A stretch of DNA of 64,000 nucleotides from the NCBI RefSeq assembly GCF_002113885.1, contig NW_018479907.1, forward strand, positions 1-64,000, in the 5' to 3' direction. The stretch's first letter is position 1. The number at the start of each line of letters is the position of its first letter. The position numbers and the translations under genes were made by a program. Shown here one piece after another: positions 1 through 13,094 of the stretch. This stretch comes from Mizuhopecten yessoensis (lineage: Eukaryota). A model generated the notes under the pieces. The model did not search any database and was not told the DNA's origin. It saw only the letters and a list, made by a program, of their open reading frames with translations.

Positions 1-1237
1 TATCATGTTTATCTAACGGGGACTTGATGTTAAATTTTCCGATTTTTTTCACTTGTCGTTCTGACATGGGGTTTGCTAAATCGATATGGCTCCCAGGGAT
101 GCATCGTGGTTGTTTTCCGACGACAATCTTTCCCATCGCGTTATCACCAATGATATCATGTCCGGAAACAATTTGATGCTCGATGCTGACGGATGTGAAT
201 GACTTGCTCAACTCATCGACAAGGGTCTTACACGACTCCACTTCTGTCTGTCCTCTCTGATACAACACTATCGTCTCAATGTTGTCCTTTTCCTCTACGG
301 CTTTAATGGACGACTTTAGTGTATTTTTCATTCCATTAAAAAGACGTTTGAAATGCCGTGATGATGCCTCCATGTCTCTTTTCTCTTTTTTGAACAATGT
401 AATCATTTCGTCGGTAATGTTCTTCTGAAGTGTGTCCAGTCGTTTATCTACCTTTCGACGCAGGTCGGAGATGCTTTGCAGTGCGATTTCCTGGTTCTGT
501 ATCATGGTTTGGAGTTGCTCATCAAAGTCCTTCACTAGTGAGTTCATACTATCTGTTCCTTTCTTCAACGCCGCCTGCATGTCTTCTATCTGCGATCCTG
601 CTTTTATCTTCTTGCAATATTCCGTCACCTTTGGTACCTTTCCACAACTCATATGGTCTTCGATCACGCATTCGTTACAGCACAGAAGTTGGTGGTCCTC
701 ACAATACCGAACAATTTTCTCGCCGTGTTGATAACATCGAGGGGCAGACGTTTCCCTATTTAGTCGTTTGTTATGGTGTCCGGTGATATTCAGTATATCA
801 CAGTCAGTATGTATGATATCATGAAGTTTTACCTTACAATTGTCGCAGAAGTTCTCGTTCATCGTCTTGCACCAAAAACTGGCTGGGTTGTTCCGGTTAC
901 CTTTTGTCTGGCAGGGTTTGCAGTACAATGGTTCAGACGAACGTTCCCTAAGCTGGATAAGATCATGGATCAAACTATTGGTCGATAATTGCTCTGCCCA
1001 TTTAGCCTTTGATTCTGCTTGATTCACAGGAGAGGTCGTCCTCCTACAGATCGGACAAGGGAAGGATGTTGTCGACGCCATCTTCCCGGACAGCTCCTTT
1101 GTAATATATGTCCCGAGACAATCCTGACAGAAGGAGTGTAGGCACGGTAAGGATTTTGGTAGTTGAAGTTGCTCAAGGCATATTGGACACTCCAACAAAT
1201 GTGAGTCCAGTTCTGAAGGGAGGCTTCCTGAAGCCAT
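1..1237 (-). CDS. TRIM RING-Bbox-coiled-coil-NHL protein, copy 1 (3' part runs off the left edge)
   Basis: ATG at 1237 reads MASGSLPSELDSHLLECPICLEQLQLPKSLPCLHSFCQDC...CPICR (C3HC4 RING), then both B-boxes and the coiled coil. By manual translation it stays open to position 1 (...GKFNIKSPLDKHD). It is absent from the ORF track because there is no stop in the window. Closest to copy 5. Confidence 0.9.
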   Translation of the reverse strand, partial: MASGSLPSELDSHLLECPICLEQLQLPKSLPCLHSFCQDCLGTYITKELSGKMASTTSFPCPICRRTTSPVNQAESKAKWAEQLSTNSLIHDLIQLRERSSEPLYCKPCQTKGNRNNPASFWCKTMNENFCDNCKVKLHDIIHTDCDILNITGHHNKRLNRETSAPRCYQHGEKIVRYCEDHQLLCCNECVIEDHMSCGKVPKVTEYCKKIKAGSQIEDMQAALKKGTDSMNSLVKDFDEQLQTMIQNQEIALQSISDLRRKVDKRLDTLQKNITDEMITLFKKEKRDMEASSRHFKRLFNGMKNTLKSSIKAVEEKDNIETIVLYQRGQTEVESCKTLVDELSKSFTSVSIEHQIVSGHDIIGDNAMGKIVVGKQPRCIPGSHIDLANPMSERQVKKIGKFNIKSPLDKHD

Positions 1238-1265
1238 TGTAAAAGTCAGAAGAGTCAACACAGAT

Positions 1266-2209
1266 CTGAAATAGAAAAAAATAAAACTGTGATCATAGTC
1301 CAATACTAAGAGATAGACAGCTATCGAGGCCGGTTAGTAAGACATGTATTCTTTAAATGATTACTTCATAGCTAACAGTATAATGTAATCATCATATGAG
1401 GTCGTTGATGTAATCAAATAAAGCTTGTTTTTTTTTTTTTCATTAATTCTGACTTTAAACGAATTGTTTAAAGACATAGACGTGTCTTTTATGATATATG
1501 GTGCGTAATGGTGGAAGTTTCCTTTTTACAAGTTGTACCATAGTTTAAGGCTTGGAATTTTTCGAGTCAGATTTTGGCAAAAAAAAATCACTGTTATCGT
1601 TTATACAACGCGTTTTACTTATTATTTTTTTCTGAATTTTGCCTGGTGAATAATTACGTTAAAGCGGTATTCTTTATAGCTTGGGTCGATCGTCACTGAT
1701 AAGTGTTATTGTGTTATGTCTGTTTATATTCATACCTTTTCCATTCAAGAAATAGTGATACAGTTGTAACATCATTTAATCAGAGGCTTACATGTGTTTT
1801 CTTATACATAATTCTGTGATATATTAATATCATATATAAGCATACTGCCCAATTGTTTGTGAGTCGAGGTGTTGTAGAAGGGGAGGCGACTCTTACATTT
1901 CCTTGTGACTCATATACCGTAAACATGAATGCACAGGCCAGCTTTCGTATGATTCCAACGATACATACTTATATGTTTTAAACGATGTTTACTCGCAGTT
2001 ATATACAGTTAATCGATTCTGGACAGGCCACAGAAAACAAACGTTACCGGAGTTTTGGTTTGTATATGTCTGCCAAATCCAATGTGTGAATTCCTTGTAG
2101 TACATGGTGAACTGTAACATACACGGGTCATCATAGTTTGTTTGTATCATTGACATAGCCTGTACGTTATATTGAAGTAGTTATGCTACTCTTTGCCCGT
2201 TATACTCAC
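1266..2209 (-). other. Predicted 5'UTR intron of copy 1
   Basis: Acceptor TTTTTCTATTTCAG| lies 28 nt before the ATG, and donor TTG|GTGAGT is at 2209. Both sites are positionally conserved in the paralogs. Confidence 0.7.
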
Positions 2210-2279
2210 CAAGGGAACTCTTATCTACACAGATAGGAAGCACAGACTCCTACAGACCAGACATTTGTTTACACCTTGA

Positions 2280-2453
2280 GTCCGTATATAAAACAGGAAA
2301 TATGTCAAGCATTGTATAAATATCGAATGGAGAAGGTGGTATCACAATTCCGGATACTCGACGATTTTCTATGAGTTTTTATTTTATACTTTACTAAATA
2401 AAATTACATACAAGTTTCATGAACAATGCTATATCTTTAATGAAATAGAAACT
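2280..2453 (-). promoter_or_regulatory. Putative promoter of copy 1 with TATA-like, ETS-like and ISRE/IRF motifs
   Basis: Lies just upstream of the predicted exon 1: TATATAAAA/ACAGGAAAT at about 2285-2301, a conserved AATTCCGGATA, and AATGAAATAGAAACT at 2439-2453, which matches the GAAANNGAAACT consensus. Confidence 0.45.
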
Positions 2454-5400
2454 TTCGACAACGAGCTATATTATTTATAGAACAAATACAAGTCTGAAGG
2501 CTCCACGATTTGTTGTTAAAAATAGATATCACATGGCGTATTGCCACGTGACATTGTTTATTGATGACATTCTGATTACTGGAGCATGCGGTGAATTCAT
2601 ACTGGAAAATTAAGCTCATCATGATTTGTATTTTTTGGCACTAACATAATCAACACCGTGCAAACAAATTCCATTATACGAATTGTCCAGTAGGCAATAG
2701 AGTATTGTTATAGACTTTACAAATACAATCAAATAAGAACTTTTAGATCTTAATGTATTTAGGCAAGAGTGGGAAAACTGAAGCAGTCATTTCTATATAA
2801 GAGTATGTGCGGAGGAAGTTGGGTGCGGGTAGTATAACTTTTGTATTTATTATCGGTAATTAATAATATGGATTCCTGTCTTTTAACTAACACGTGCCGA
2901 TCGATATGCAAGTGTGATATGACTTGTTTTTTATCAGCTGCAGCGTTGAGAAATTGTGCCAGCCTATATCTGAATGTATTTTTTATAATTTGTCAAACTA
3001 AGTTGACCGTACTGTTTTTGAATAGGCAAAAGTATAGGAAAACTGACAATACTTTTATTATGGCGCCCCTTTAAATCTATATCAATTGAGTCATATTTCC
3101 AGCTTATTTACCTGGTCTCCACCCACTTGTTTCCAGCTCGGTTACCGGTGTTATATTGCATTCTCTACAAGTTTTGTATAAAATTGTATACGTTGTTCAG
3201 ACAGGAATTTAAAGTGTAACCTGAATGGTTTGCTTTTTTACAATAAAAAAATTCTGCATATTATACAAGTAAAGGCTAAACAGGTGCAATCGTTATAATG
3301 GCCGTCGTTTCCGAGATATTTTTTGTTTTGAAACATACATCGACTCAGCGGCGATCGCCTCGATATGGGTACATGAAGCTCACATCTGTGACATCACAAG
3401 TTAAACGCTGCCTTATTAGAATATACTTGGTGGCTGCGATCGTGAGCTTTTTAGCTCGGTATATGACATATTCCGTCGTCATTTACTTGTGGAGGTACTA
3501 TTTTAAGTGATACATACATATGAAGACTTTTTTTAACATTTTAATAATGGAATTTTGAGGAGGTAAATGATGTGTTGTATACATGTGTCCGAACACACAT
3601 GCGGATGCTATCTAAATGAATGTGTGTATGTACATAATTCGTTAATCTAGTGCGTGTAAATATTGCACTTTTTATGATTCATTTGATCTCTAGAAAATAT
3701 AATGAACCCCTATAATTAAGTCAAATTAATGTAAGCGCACCTCTTTGTTTACAATATGCGGGAGATATACGATTGAAATTGACAAAACAAAAAACAAAAC
3801 AAAAACAGTACAAAAAGGTATACTCAAGATGAACAGCAACCCGTGTATTTTACCCCCAGTTTTAATACAATGTTAATAATCATGCACTATTTGATACATA
3901 AGTTGTCTTGTATAATGGCATTAAATATATAGGTATTAGGAAGGGAATACATGTCCGTTCAAGTCTCACCAATATCAGTAATTTATCAATAAACCACCTG
4001 ATCAGATGTACAATGTGCATAGCATGGTCCAGCATTATTTACTTTGTTCCTGACTTTCAACTGTCGGGCGATGCAGTTGCACTGTGAATGGTGAACATTT
4101 GTAAATCGTAAACTTTGCATGTTAAAATCTTGGTATTGGACTAACCAATTTTTATTCGATTTTCGACAGTTTTGATATTGGATTATATAGAATAATAACG
4201 TATTCATTTTTACTTTTGTTCAGGGTACACGGTAAGAAAGAAAAAATGCAAACAAACCAACAAATACACATAAAATAGTTGTCAACGATGTAAATTGTGT
4301 ATGGTATTATCTAAATAACAACACATGATTAAGATACATGTATATTATATTGATAAAACAGAACTATATCTATTAACAATTGGTGAAATGCAGTCGAGGA
4401 AACAGAAAATGTGAAACTGACGCAGATGATGGTGACTTTTTCTTCTGTACCTTTTCTGTAACAATTTTGTTTGTTTTAACACAGCCTGGACGTTATAATG
4501 GTTGCCGATTTTTTTTTTTTTTACCCATTTCATTATATTACTGTTAACAGGTTGTTTGATTTACTCGTTCGTCATCGGGATACAGGTATTCAAAATTTCT
4601 TGAATGATTATGACAATAACATAAAATATAATGCCTCTTATAACGCAAAACCAGAAAATGCCAAAAGATAATTTGACTCATCAATTTCATTTTTTGTAAT
4701 TTGAATACAAATCTTTGACAAATAAAATCGAACTTTTCATAGGCAGATAAATTGATTCATCGATTAGGGGTTTTGTCCTCTATACAAGTATTATTGCCTG
4801 ACATACGTTATGGGAGTGTGAGTTCTGTCTGAAACCAAAATAATTTAGATTTTCTAGTAGAGTAATCACTGCTGCATTACGGTTTCTGACGAAAGGGACC
4901 CAGGTTGCTTTTTTAATATTGAATTTGAGATTTAGGTATTGTGATCTGATTCAAAACATTTGTGCTCAAAATTATAACGGATTTTACGGGTTCTGGATTT
5001 GAATGAAACTAGGTTGCTTTTTGTTTTCCGTTTAGTTGCCAATATGGAGTTGCATTAACGATGCTGAGTATAATGCCTTGAGGAGTTTATGTTGAAAACA
5101 CTGAAGTTGTCCATTGTCATTCATATTTACGTGTATGTAACCACCACGCCTACTCTGAGTGTGTGGTAGATAAGCCGGATATACTATTAGTGTGATGACA
5201 CTTGTAACGCTCATTTCGTGTGTCGTGACTATAGAATAACTGGATCTGGATTATATAATATGTTATGAATCATTGAAAAGGCTAAACACGGGATTGGGTA
5301 ACAATAGAAAAACGAATTATAAAACATTAACACGAAAAAACGCTGTGTATTTGTATTTTGTTTTTGTGGTACATTGTAAAACACCTACAATTTATCACAA

Positions 5401-6304
5401 GTGGCGGTAACGACATTTAAACATACAGACGTATCTTACATTTGTAGGTGTCCCCGATCGACAACCAGAGGCGTCCGGTACGAGCACTTGATGTTGGGTT
5501 TTCGTTTAAACTCTGTTTCCTGATAACCGACAAATACTGAAAACATCACTAGATAGATGACAAGAGACGCGTGCAACAAATATCTTACCCCGCCGACGTT
5601 TTACTATATGTGTATTGAACATGTCAGACTGGTATCGTTACATTATCAGTTTTTGAAATATTATTCATATATCTTTCTCGGCATTAAATTAGTATGAGCT
5701 CAATTAAACTTTGTCAGCTTTGACGTTAGTACATCATTTATGTGTCTTGTCGAAAAAATTGTACAGAAAGTGTTTTAGATACTGTATATCGGATTTGTGT
5801 CCATTGGAATACTATGTTCACAAATGATATTGGTATTTAAATAAAGGATAGCTTGTGTACACTCATTCCCCTGCTTAGCGGCACAGTGAGAAGAACTATC
5901 ACAGGTATTGTTAAAACACGTGATGGACAATTATAATCTATAATTGATGTATGTAGCATGGTACGCTGAAATTTGGTATTTGATGCTGGCCACTGATAAT
6001 TCATGACCTAACCCCAATAGTTTAAATAACTGTTTGAGGACTATTTACAAAAAACAGCATGTCTCATAGTCACGTTATTTCTGTATTGCAATGTATAAAT
6101 TATATATTATATTACTGCGACATATCAGCCGAAACCGACAAAACATGTATAGTCTGTTTTAATTCCAAAAAGACAACGGCATTGGTACTGTAGTTATACG
6201 ATCCAAAAACCTTGGATTGATAGCAGAGGTCAGTCGTGTATGTTGGGTTAGTACACGATGTACTGATAATTAAAGCCGATAGTTTGTCTGTTTTCTGACT
6301 ATGG

Positions 6305-6490
6305 CGATAGATCGACTGTTTGTACGGTGCATTTTCACTAACTACTGACGTCAGTCCTCTGTCTGTACGGTATATACACTTAGTATTGACTACTGACGTC
6401 AGACCTCTGTCTGTACGGTACATACACCTTGTAATGACTACGGAGGGCGGTCGTCTGTCTGTACGGTACATACACATTGTTCTGACAATA
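6305..6490. repeat. 48-bp satellite, short array (about 4 units)
   Basis: Unit approximately CGGTCGTCTGTCTGTACGGTACATACACCTTGTACTGACTACGGAGGT; it produces the 16-aa periodic ORFs. Confidence 0.85.
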
Positions 6491-7329
6491 TCTACACAAT
6501 ATCATTATGATTATTTCCATCATTCACTGCATGTCAAGAAAAGTAAGCACGAGGAATCAAATCACTGTTCCGATGGACTTAATTTGTCCACAGCAAAGTT
6601 GCATCATCCTTGTCATCCTCATTGTTGTATTATCATGCGTATTATAATAAAATATTGCTATATTATTTTAGTAGGGGAACCTGATTATTTGTTGCCTTAA
6701 GAGCGAAATGGTAACGAGTGCTGATCAATGATCCTCTCATGTCTTGTCCTTAATAGCATGCTTATAGTATCTAGTGCTTGATACCAATCCATTTCGAGAT
6801 AATGTCGACTTTAATTAAAGATTCTCCGTATTCAAATTGGCGAAATGCAGTGCAAGGCTATTTTAACAAACTTGAAATGTATTTTAATCCAACGATCCCT
6901 TATAATGTTATGCTCAGACAAACACATTGTTAAAATAGGTAATAAATGTTGTGTACGTGTTTATTTTTAGCATAGTGCATTGCTCAAAAGCGATGGGAAA
7001 AGCAATCTGTTAACATATAAAAGACGTTATGTCTCAATAAAGTATGTTCGCTTATTGTCATGATTTGCCAATCACGGTGAAATGAGCATACCCGTATATA
7101 GAATCATCTGCACAAGCGTCTTTATTAAACATCCGCTGACATCACACATTTCCCAAAATCAGAGATCACGACTTGTAACGTTTTCTTACATTTCCGTGTG
7201 TGTAAGATAGAGTTGTCTAGGGTAAGTAGGGGGTGTATGAAATGTCTATCCATTTCACGTGACGTGACGTCAAAATGGCTGAGCAATGACGTGACGTCAA
7301 TAATTATGATGCCGCAATGCGGAAAAGGC

Positions 7330-7570
7330 TGTATGATTCGTTTTCATCTAAAAGCATTAGGGGGAAAAAACATGTTCAAATTGGTAGCCAGTTCAAACAC
7401 ATTTTCTTGGTTTCTGAACGTTTTCTGGTAGTTGGAATGAGATAAAAATATTCTTTTATGCCCAGGAGTGACAGATCGGCAAAGCTTCGTGTTTTACTAA
7501 ATTTGAAAATCCCTCGGGTTGAATTTCTCTTTTCTACGCCCCTCGGAATAAAATGGTCTTATATATAAAT
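7330..7570. mobile_element. Interspersed repeat, probable non-autonomous DNA element end (second copy at about 30070-30280)
   Basis: TGTATGATTCG...TTGGTAGCCAGTTCAAAC...CCCAGGAGTGAC...GTCTTATATAT occurs at both sites with different flanks. It is not seen in the paralogous 3' flank of copy 6. Confidence 0.55.
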
Positions 7571-7916
7571 CATATTTTTTTTTTATAAATTAAGCAGCTA
7601 GAATAACTAATTGTTTTTTCTTAATCATACATAATAACCACCAATGCATTTTAAAGAAAATCCTCCAATTTCATAATTCTTATATGGATACAACAAACAC
7701 AAGGCAGTTTTAACGTTTTGTAATTTTATTTTTTGTGTTGTAAAGCGAAAGGTTTTAGACAATCACATCAAAACATTGGTGATCGTTTGAGAAACTGATA
7801 CTTTTGGTGTTGAAACGAAGTCTTAATTATTCTCTAATTAAGTGTTTATTCTATCGTTAAGATATAGGCATACTTTTCAAGTGTTCAGCACATATTTGTT
7901 TTCATTTTTACTTCAT

Positions 7917-8626
7917 TTAGTACAGCTGAAAGACACGGATATAGTTCTTCTCGTCTTTACTACTATTATTAGTTACTACAAATTTGTCACCACAAACAGC
8001 TATTGCCCGTGGAGTGTCAATTCCATCTGATGAAGTCAGAAGTTCCCTGACGTGTGTTCCATCCCCAGACATCTGTACAATGTTGTTTGTTTCCCCACCA
8101 CACACGTAGATGTTACCCTCCCTGTCCACGCCTATTCCCCTAGCATACCTCACGACACCGACCTTCATCACATCTGTACGACGTTTGGCAGGCGACAGCC
8201 TAGACACCGCCACGTCCCCCGTGGTGTTATTACCTACACTGACAAGTGTGTCTACCTTTATTGGATCAGGAGTGAGGATCCAACATGTGCTGTTATAGTT
8301 ATATAAAAACTCGGCTGCTCCGTTCTGTGTCACAATGTATACTTCTCCTCCACTTGTAACTACGACAAACAGCTCGTCTGTATGTGTTATACCATAACAG
8401 TTGTTCACCAGACACATATCCCAGAGATTTTACCGAACAGTCAACTCGTCCAGGTACTGTCCTTTGTCTGTAAACAACTTCAGCTTTTGGTTGTTATAAT
8501 CACTTACTACTATTTGTGCACAGGGTAGGTACAGGGAAAGGACTTGGGTTGTTGAAGTCGCTCCAGGCAGATTGGACACTCGAGTAAGTGTAAGTCCAGT
8601 TCCGGAGGGAGGCCAACGGCAGCCAT
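7917..8626 (-). pseudogene. TRIM copy 2, internally deleted
   Basis: ATG at 8626 gives MAAVGLPPELDLHLLECPICLERLQQPKSFPC, joined out of frame to the NHL start (about 1162 nt missing relative to copy 3). A second, in-frame 108-nt deletion gives MCLVNN|CYG. The C-terminal NHL ORF 7917..8417 remains open. Confidence 0.92.
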
Positions 8627-10990
8627 TGTAAAAGTCAGACAGGGTCAACAAAGACCTGAAATAGACAATACAGTAGTTATAATTTAACACCAATAAGAAA
8701 GACAGCTATAGAAGCCGATAAATAACACCTCGAATATTATTAACGTGATTATTTTGTAAATGCCGATATTGTCCAAGTATTTCAATTGAGGTTTAGTCAT
8801 GTTTCCTGGTTTTATCTTATCGTTAATTCTGAAATAAAACAGACTGTCTAAGGACGACAGTGTGTCTAATATGACATATGGTCCGCAATGGCTAGCATTT
8901 CTATAGTACAAGTGATACCATTTGTTTTAATTTTTGAAAGGTTCCAGTCAGTTTTTGATAAATAATTGTAATGCTGAAGTTTGTAAGTATTTATCACAAA
9001 GTGATATATCTGGTATGGCTTATATACCACGCATTTGACATTGTATGTGTAGCGTATAATTCATGCAGTGGCATTGTTTACATTTCATATCGACCATCGA
9101 TGAAAACACTGTGTGAACTCGAACTTGTACTTGAATGTTCATTCCCGTTTAAATATGTCTTTTATTTACTTATTCTGAATACTACTTATCTGTGATCACA
9201 TTTAATGCTTTTCATATATTTACACTATTTGTATGGGGGCCTTTGTAGGTAAGGGACTCCAATCACTTAGAAACCTGGGATATGTATACTTTCATTGTCT
9301 GTGATGATTATTACTGTTTTTTTTATTAATATATGTGAGTATCTCCCTTTAGTTGTAATATAATATGTTGTTGTTATTTTACATATGTTTGTCGCAATAA
9401 TAGCTCTCAAGAGCTAATGTTCCTTGTTTACCTATAGGCGATGTTAAATTAAGTTTCTTGCATCTTGTATCTTGTAACACTGTTTGAACTCGAACTTTTA
9501 CTTAACTGTATATTTATGTCTGTGTATATGTAGAAGTGATAACATCATTTAATCAGAGACATACACAGATTGTTATCATACACATAAGTCCGTGTTTTTA
9601 TCCCCTCAAATTTAAACAAATATTTTGAAACCTATATCCTAAAATGGCCTCAACTGTTGATAGGACACTAAACCCTGTACAACCAAGCATTGTTGAGAGC
9701 TGATACTATGCTAGTGTTGAAGTCCTCTGACATAGCAGGAGCGGTAACTCTTGTTTATTCATGTCTCTAACACACTGTGTGCATGGATGTACATGAGAGT
9801 TTTCGTTTGATACTCATATAATAATATGCGTACGTTCTTACATGTAACGATGCTAACTAGTTATTTGCTATCAATACAAAGAAAGAAATTAAGAAGTATC
9901 TGTATTGTAGTACATACACAACTCTAATATACACAGAATATCATAGACTGTTTGAAAATACACAGAATATCATAGACTGTTTGTAAAATAAACATCACAT
10001 GTTAGGGTACAATATCACCTCTGTCCATTATACGCACCCAGTGAACACTTATTTAAACGGAAAACACAAACTCCCCTCCTAATCACCTTGAATCCGCCTC
10101 TCTAGACAATGAAGTAAGTAGTATAACTATCGAATGGGAAAGGCGGAGTCAAAATTCCGGATACTGCACGCTTCGTATTACTTAACGTTGTTTTTTTACA
10201 ACATTTTGTGTATCATTATTCACGATGTTATTAGCACGTGCTGGGTTTTTTTATGAAATAAAAAGAGGCTACATAAGTGTTCTGTTGTTGTTTGTGTTAT
10301 TAACGTTGAGTAAAAAATATAGAGTTCTTTAGTATAGTATAGACTTGCTTTAGTTGTTTTCTTTAGATTAGGAAGTATGGGAAGTTTTGATTAGTCAATC
10401 GTAGTATAACAGAAGACATTTCATTAGAAAAGGATAATGTGCTTTGGTTAGATGGATATGAGTATCAATATAGGTTCCATCACAGGAAAAGCCATGAGCA
10501 ATCTGATTATTTCCTAAGAAAATTAGGGGTGATAACGCCGACCAAAAGGTTAGAGTTGGGGTTATTTCGGCAGGTAGAAGGAAACTCTCTTAGACATACT
10601 TAAACAAGTAACGATATTACAGATACAATAGGTTAGCCTGGAGCTGGTGTGATTGATGGCGACTCTGTATCCCTCTTCCGGTCAAGTCGGGTCAAAATAA
10701 GGATAAGGCAACATTAGCCTAGGAGTAGTCTTTCATAAAACCATAATCTTCAATCAGTACATGTAGAATAGACGGCTCCTTCTCTCCTCTATCATCCCAA
10801 TCTGTCCCTTCATTACATACTTAATCCCCCTACTCATTTTATTGTTTTTTCTTTGTGTGTTGGGTATCCAAACTAATCGGTAGTGAATTGACCACTCAAA
10901 ACATTTTGGCTGCAACGTGAGAGGAACACACCTAAACGGAGGAAACAGTCAAGAGGCTAGTAAGGGTTATATGATGTCCTGTGTAGTTAA

Positions 10991-13036
10991 AGGGGCATCA
11001 CGGTGAAGTAACTATTTTTTTTGTCTTTTTTTCAAATACTACATAAACATATCAAGTGAGACTCCTTATGGAAAATAACGATCGGATTTGGCTGAAATAG
11101 ATTCATAAAAAATGATTAAATCTAAGATAATCATCGGTATTTCTACCTGTCTGACCAACGTTTTGTTCAGGGATTTCCCTCTACTAGCGCATGCGCATTG
11201 CACACCATTTCTTTGTAAACAAAATGACTGACCGTATGAAGTAAGCCAAAGAAAAATGTTGTACCGTGTCAGCTACGAAGCGAAAAGTTGCCAAATTGTC
11301 AAAAGATAGCGCACGGAGTACGTTACGGAATCATTATTACAGGTGGGAGTATTCAAAGGAGAAAACAACTGCCCTAGCAGTTAGTACGGTGCATGTNNNN
11401 NNNNNNNNNNNNNNNNNNNNNNNNNNNNNNNNNNNNNNNNNNNNNNNNNNNNNNNNNNNNNNNNNNNNNNNNNNNNNNNNNNNNNNNNNNNNNNNNNNNN
11501 NNNNNNNNNNNNNNNNNNNNNNNNNNNNNNNNNNNNNNNNNNNNNNNNNNNNNNNNNNNNNNNNNNNNNNNNNNNNNNNNNNNNNNNNNNNNNNNNNNNN
11601 NNNNNNNNTTTGTTTTTACATACAAAATTTAAATTAGTACTAATATGAATACCCGGCTTCCTCTGGCGCAACGACGTAATATATATAAAAAAAAAATATC
11701 GTCGTCAGAAAGCTACATTATCGCAGCTATAGAGTAAAAATGTCAAAATGACAGGCCAGGATGAATAACTGAGGAAGGAGAACCTACTTCTAGTAAATAG
11801 GATCGCGTAACATTTTTTTTTTAAATCGTAATATTTCAACAATCATGTTTTCATATGTTGTTGACTCAGAATGTATGATCATGTAACAACCTTTTCTCTA
11901 TAAAGAATTAATCGACTTCAGATAGAATCGGAATATGTATTGAAAACAGGGGAAGAGACATTTGTTTACGTTGAAAAATGACGCGTGCTGCCGATAACTA
12001 CGGCTTCTGTTTCGGACAAAAATGAAATGATTAAAGAAAACTTGGCTCAACATAAAAAGGGTCCATTGACAAGAATACTTTAATCTATGAAAAGTATTGA
12101 AAAAATATAATTATCAAGTAGCCCATATCTGACACATATTCTACATGTACACGTAGTGGTTTTGCCATACAGTTTAGTGTGTGTGTGATTGCTAATATGA
12201 CTTACTAAGTGTTAGCGTATGGAGACGGTGAAAGTGGGAAAGAGAGTATACATATTTGTTTATGCATGGTATAGAAAAAAACATAGGCCAAAGATATTGA
12301 GTTGTACAATGTAATAAAACAAATCACAAACGTTTCTCTTTTTTTATACGCGTGTAGTTTTTCATTGGATATATGCACTTTATGAAACATTTGAAAAGGA
12401 ATATTCGTCTCGTGAATAATCCTTTTTACAGAAAGGTTTGTCCCATGGTTGAAGAAAGGTGTTTAGCCCCGTACAGATGTCACATTTCGGTACTAAATTC
12501 AATACATATTTATATATATATTCTTTATGTTTATGCCTATTATCATTGTTGAAATTTAATTGTAAATGTATGACGGGAGAAGCCCGTGATAAATTGTAAA
12601 AACGTGTGCCCCATCCCTTGTTCAATTTTATTGTCAAGAAATATGTTTAAAGCTAAATAAATTTAAATTCTGAATATTGGCAAGTGTGCAATTAACTTAT
12701 AATGATGAATAACTACTGTTCAATAAGTTTTAATACGGACTTAGAAATCATATTACTTGGTTTCATAGTGCGGTAGGAAGTTGCAGTTGCCTGACGCCCC
12801 TCTCTGGGGGCCCCTTTGGAAACCGTTTCATCTCGCCCAGACCGCTCGTGTTTACTGCCTAGTCAGGTGACGTGACCGGCGCTATTTTTAGCAGGGCTTT
12901 CCCGAACAATTCAAGTGGTCAAACTGGACATTTGGAACGGACTATGAATATGGGGATAGCGAGGTAACATAAGTGGAAGTGCATACAATACATACATTCA
13001 TTAAAAAAAAAATATGGCGTTTCGCGTGATGTCCCT
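10991..13036. mobile_element. Kolobok-like non-autonomous DNA transposon
   Basis: TTAA at 10987-10990 and 13037-13040; TIRs AGGGGCATCACG / CGTGATGTCCCT; paralogous empty site GTGTAG-TTTA-TAGTCAAG at 37381; second copy at 41496-42969. TTAA target duplication with purine-purine termini is the Kolobok signature. Confidence 0.85.
11397..11608. other. Assembly gap (212 N)
   Basis: Run of N inside the Kolobok-like element. The equivalent stretch in the second copy (about 41902-42303) is about 400 bp. Confidence 0.99.
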
Positions 13037-13094
13037 TTAATAGTCAAATTTAATTACATAATGTATATCGATTGATAGTGTCCATAGTCACATA

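Noticed and set aside
430-1022. Plus-strand ORFs overlapping the TRIM genes (also at 22168-22911, 32170-32587, 54316-54875 and 59378-59919)
   Set aside because: Antisense shadows of the TRIM CDS; they recur only because the gene is duplicated.
11266-11671. ORFs spanning X runs
   Set aside because: Artefacts of the N gap.
12205-12637. ORFs repeated in both Kolobok-like copies (IKLNKGWGT...)
   Set aside because: Short, with different starts and ends in the two copies and no transposase motif; the similarity reflects the DNA repeat.
10991-13036. piggyBac classification
   Set aside because: The TTAA duplication fits, but the termini begin AGGG rather than CCC/CCY, which favours Kolobok; no transposase is present to confirm.
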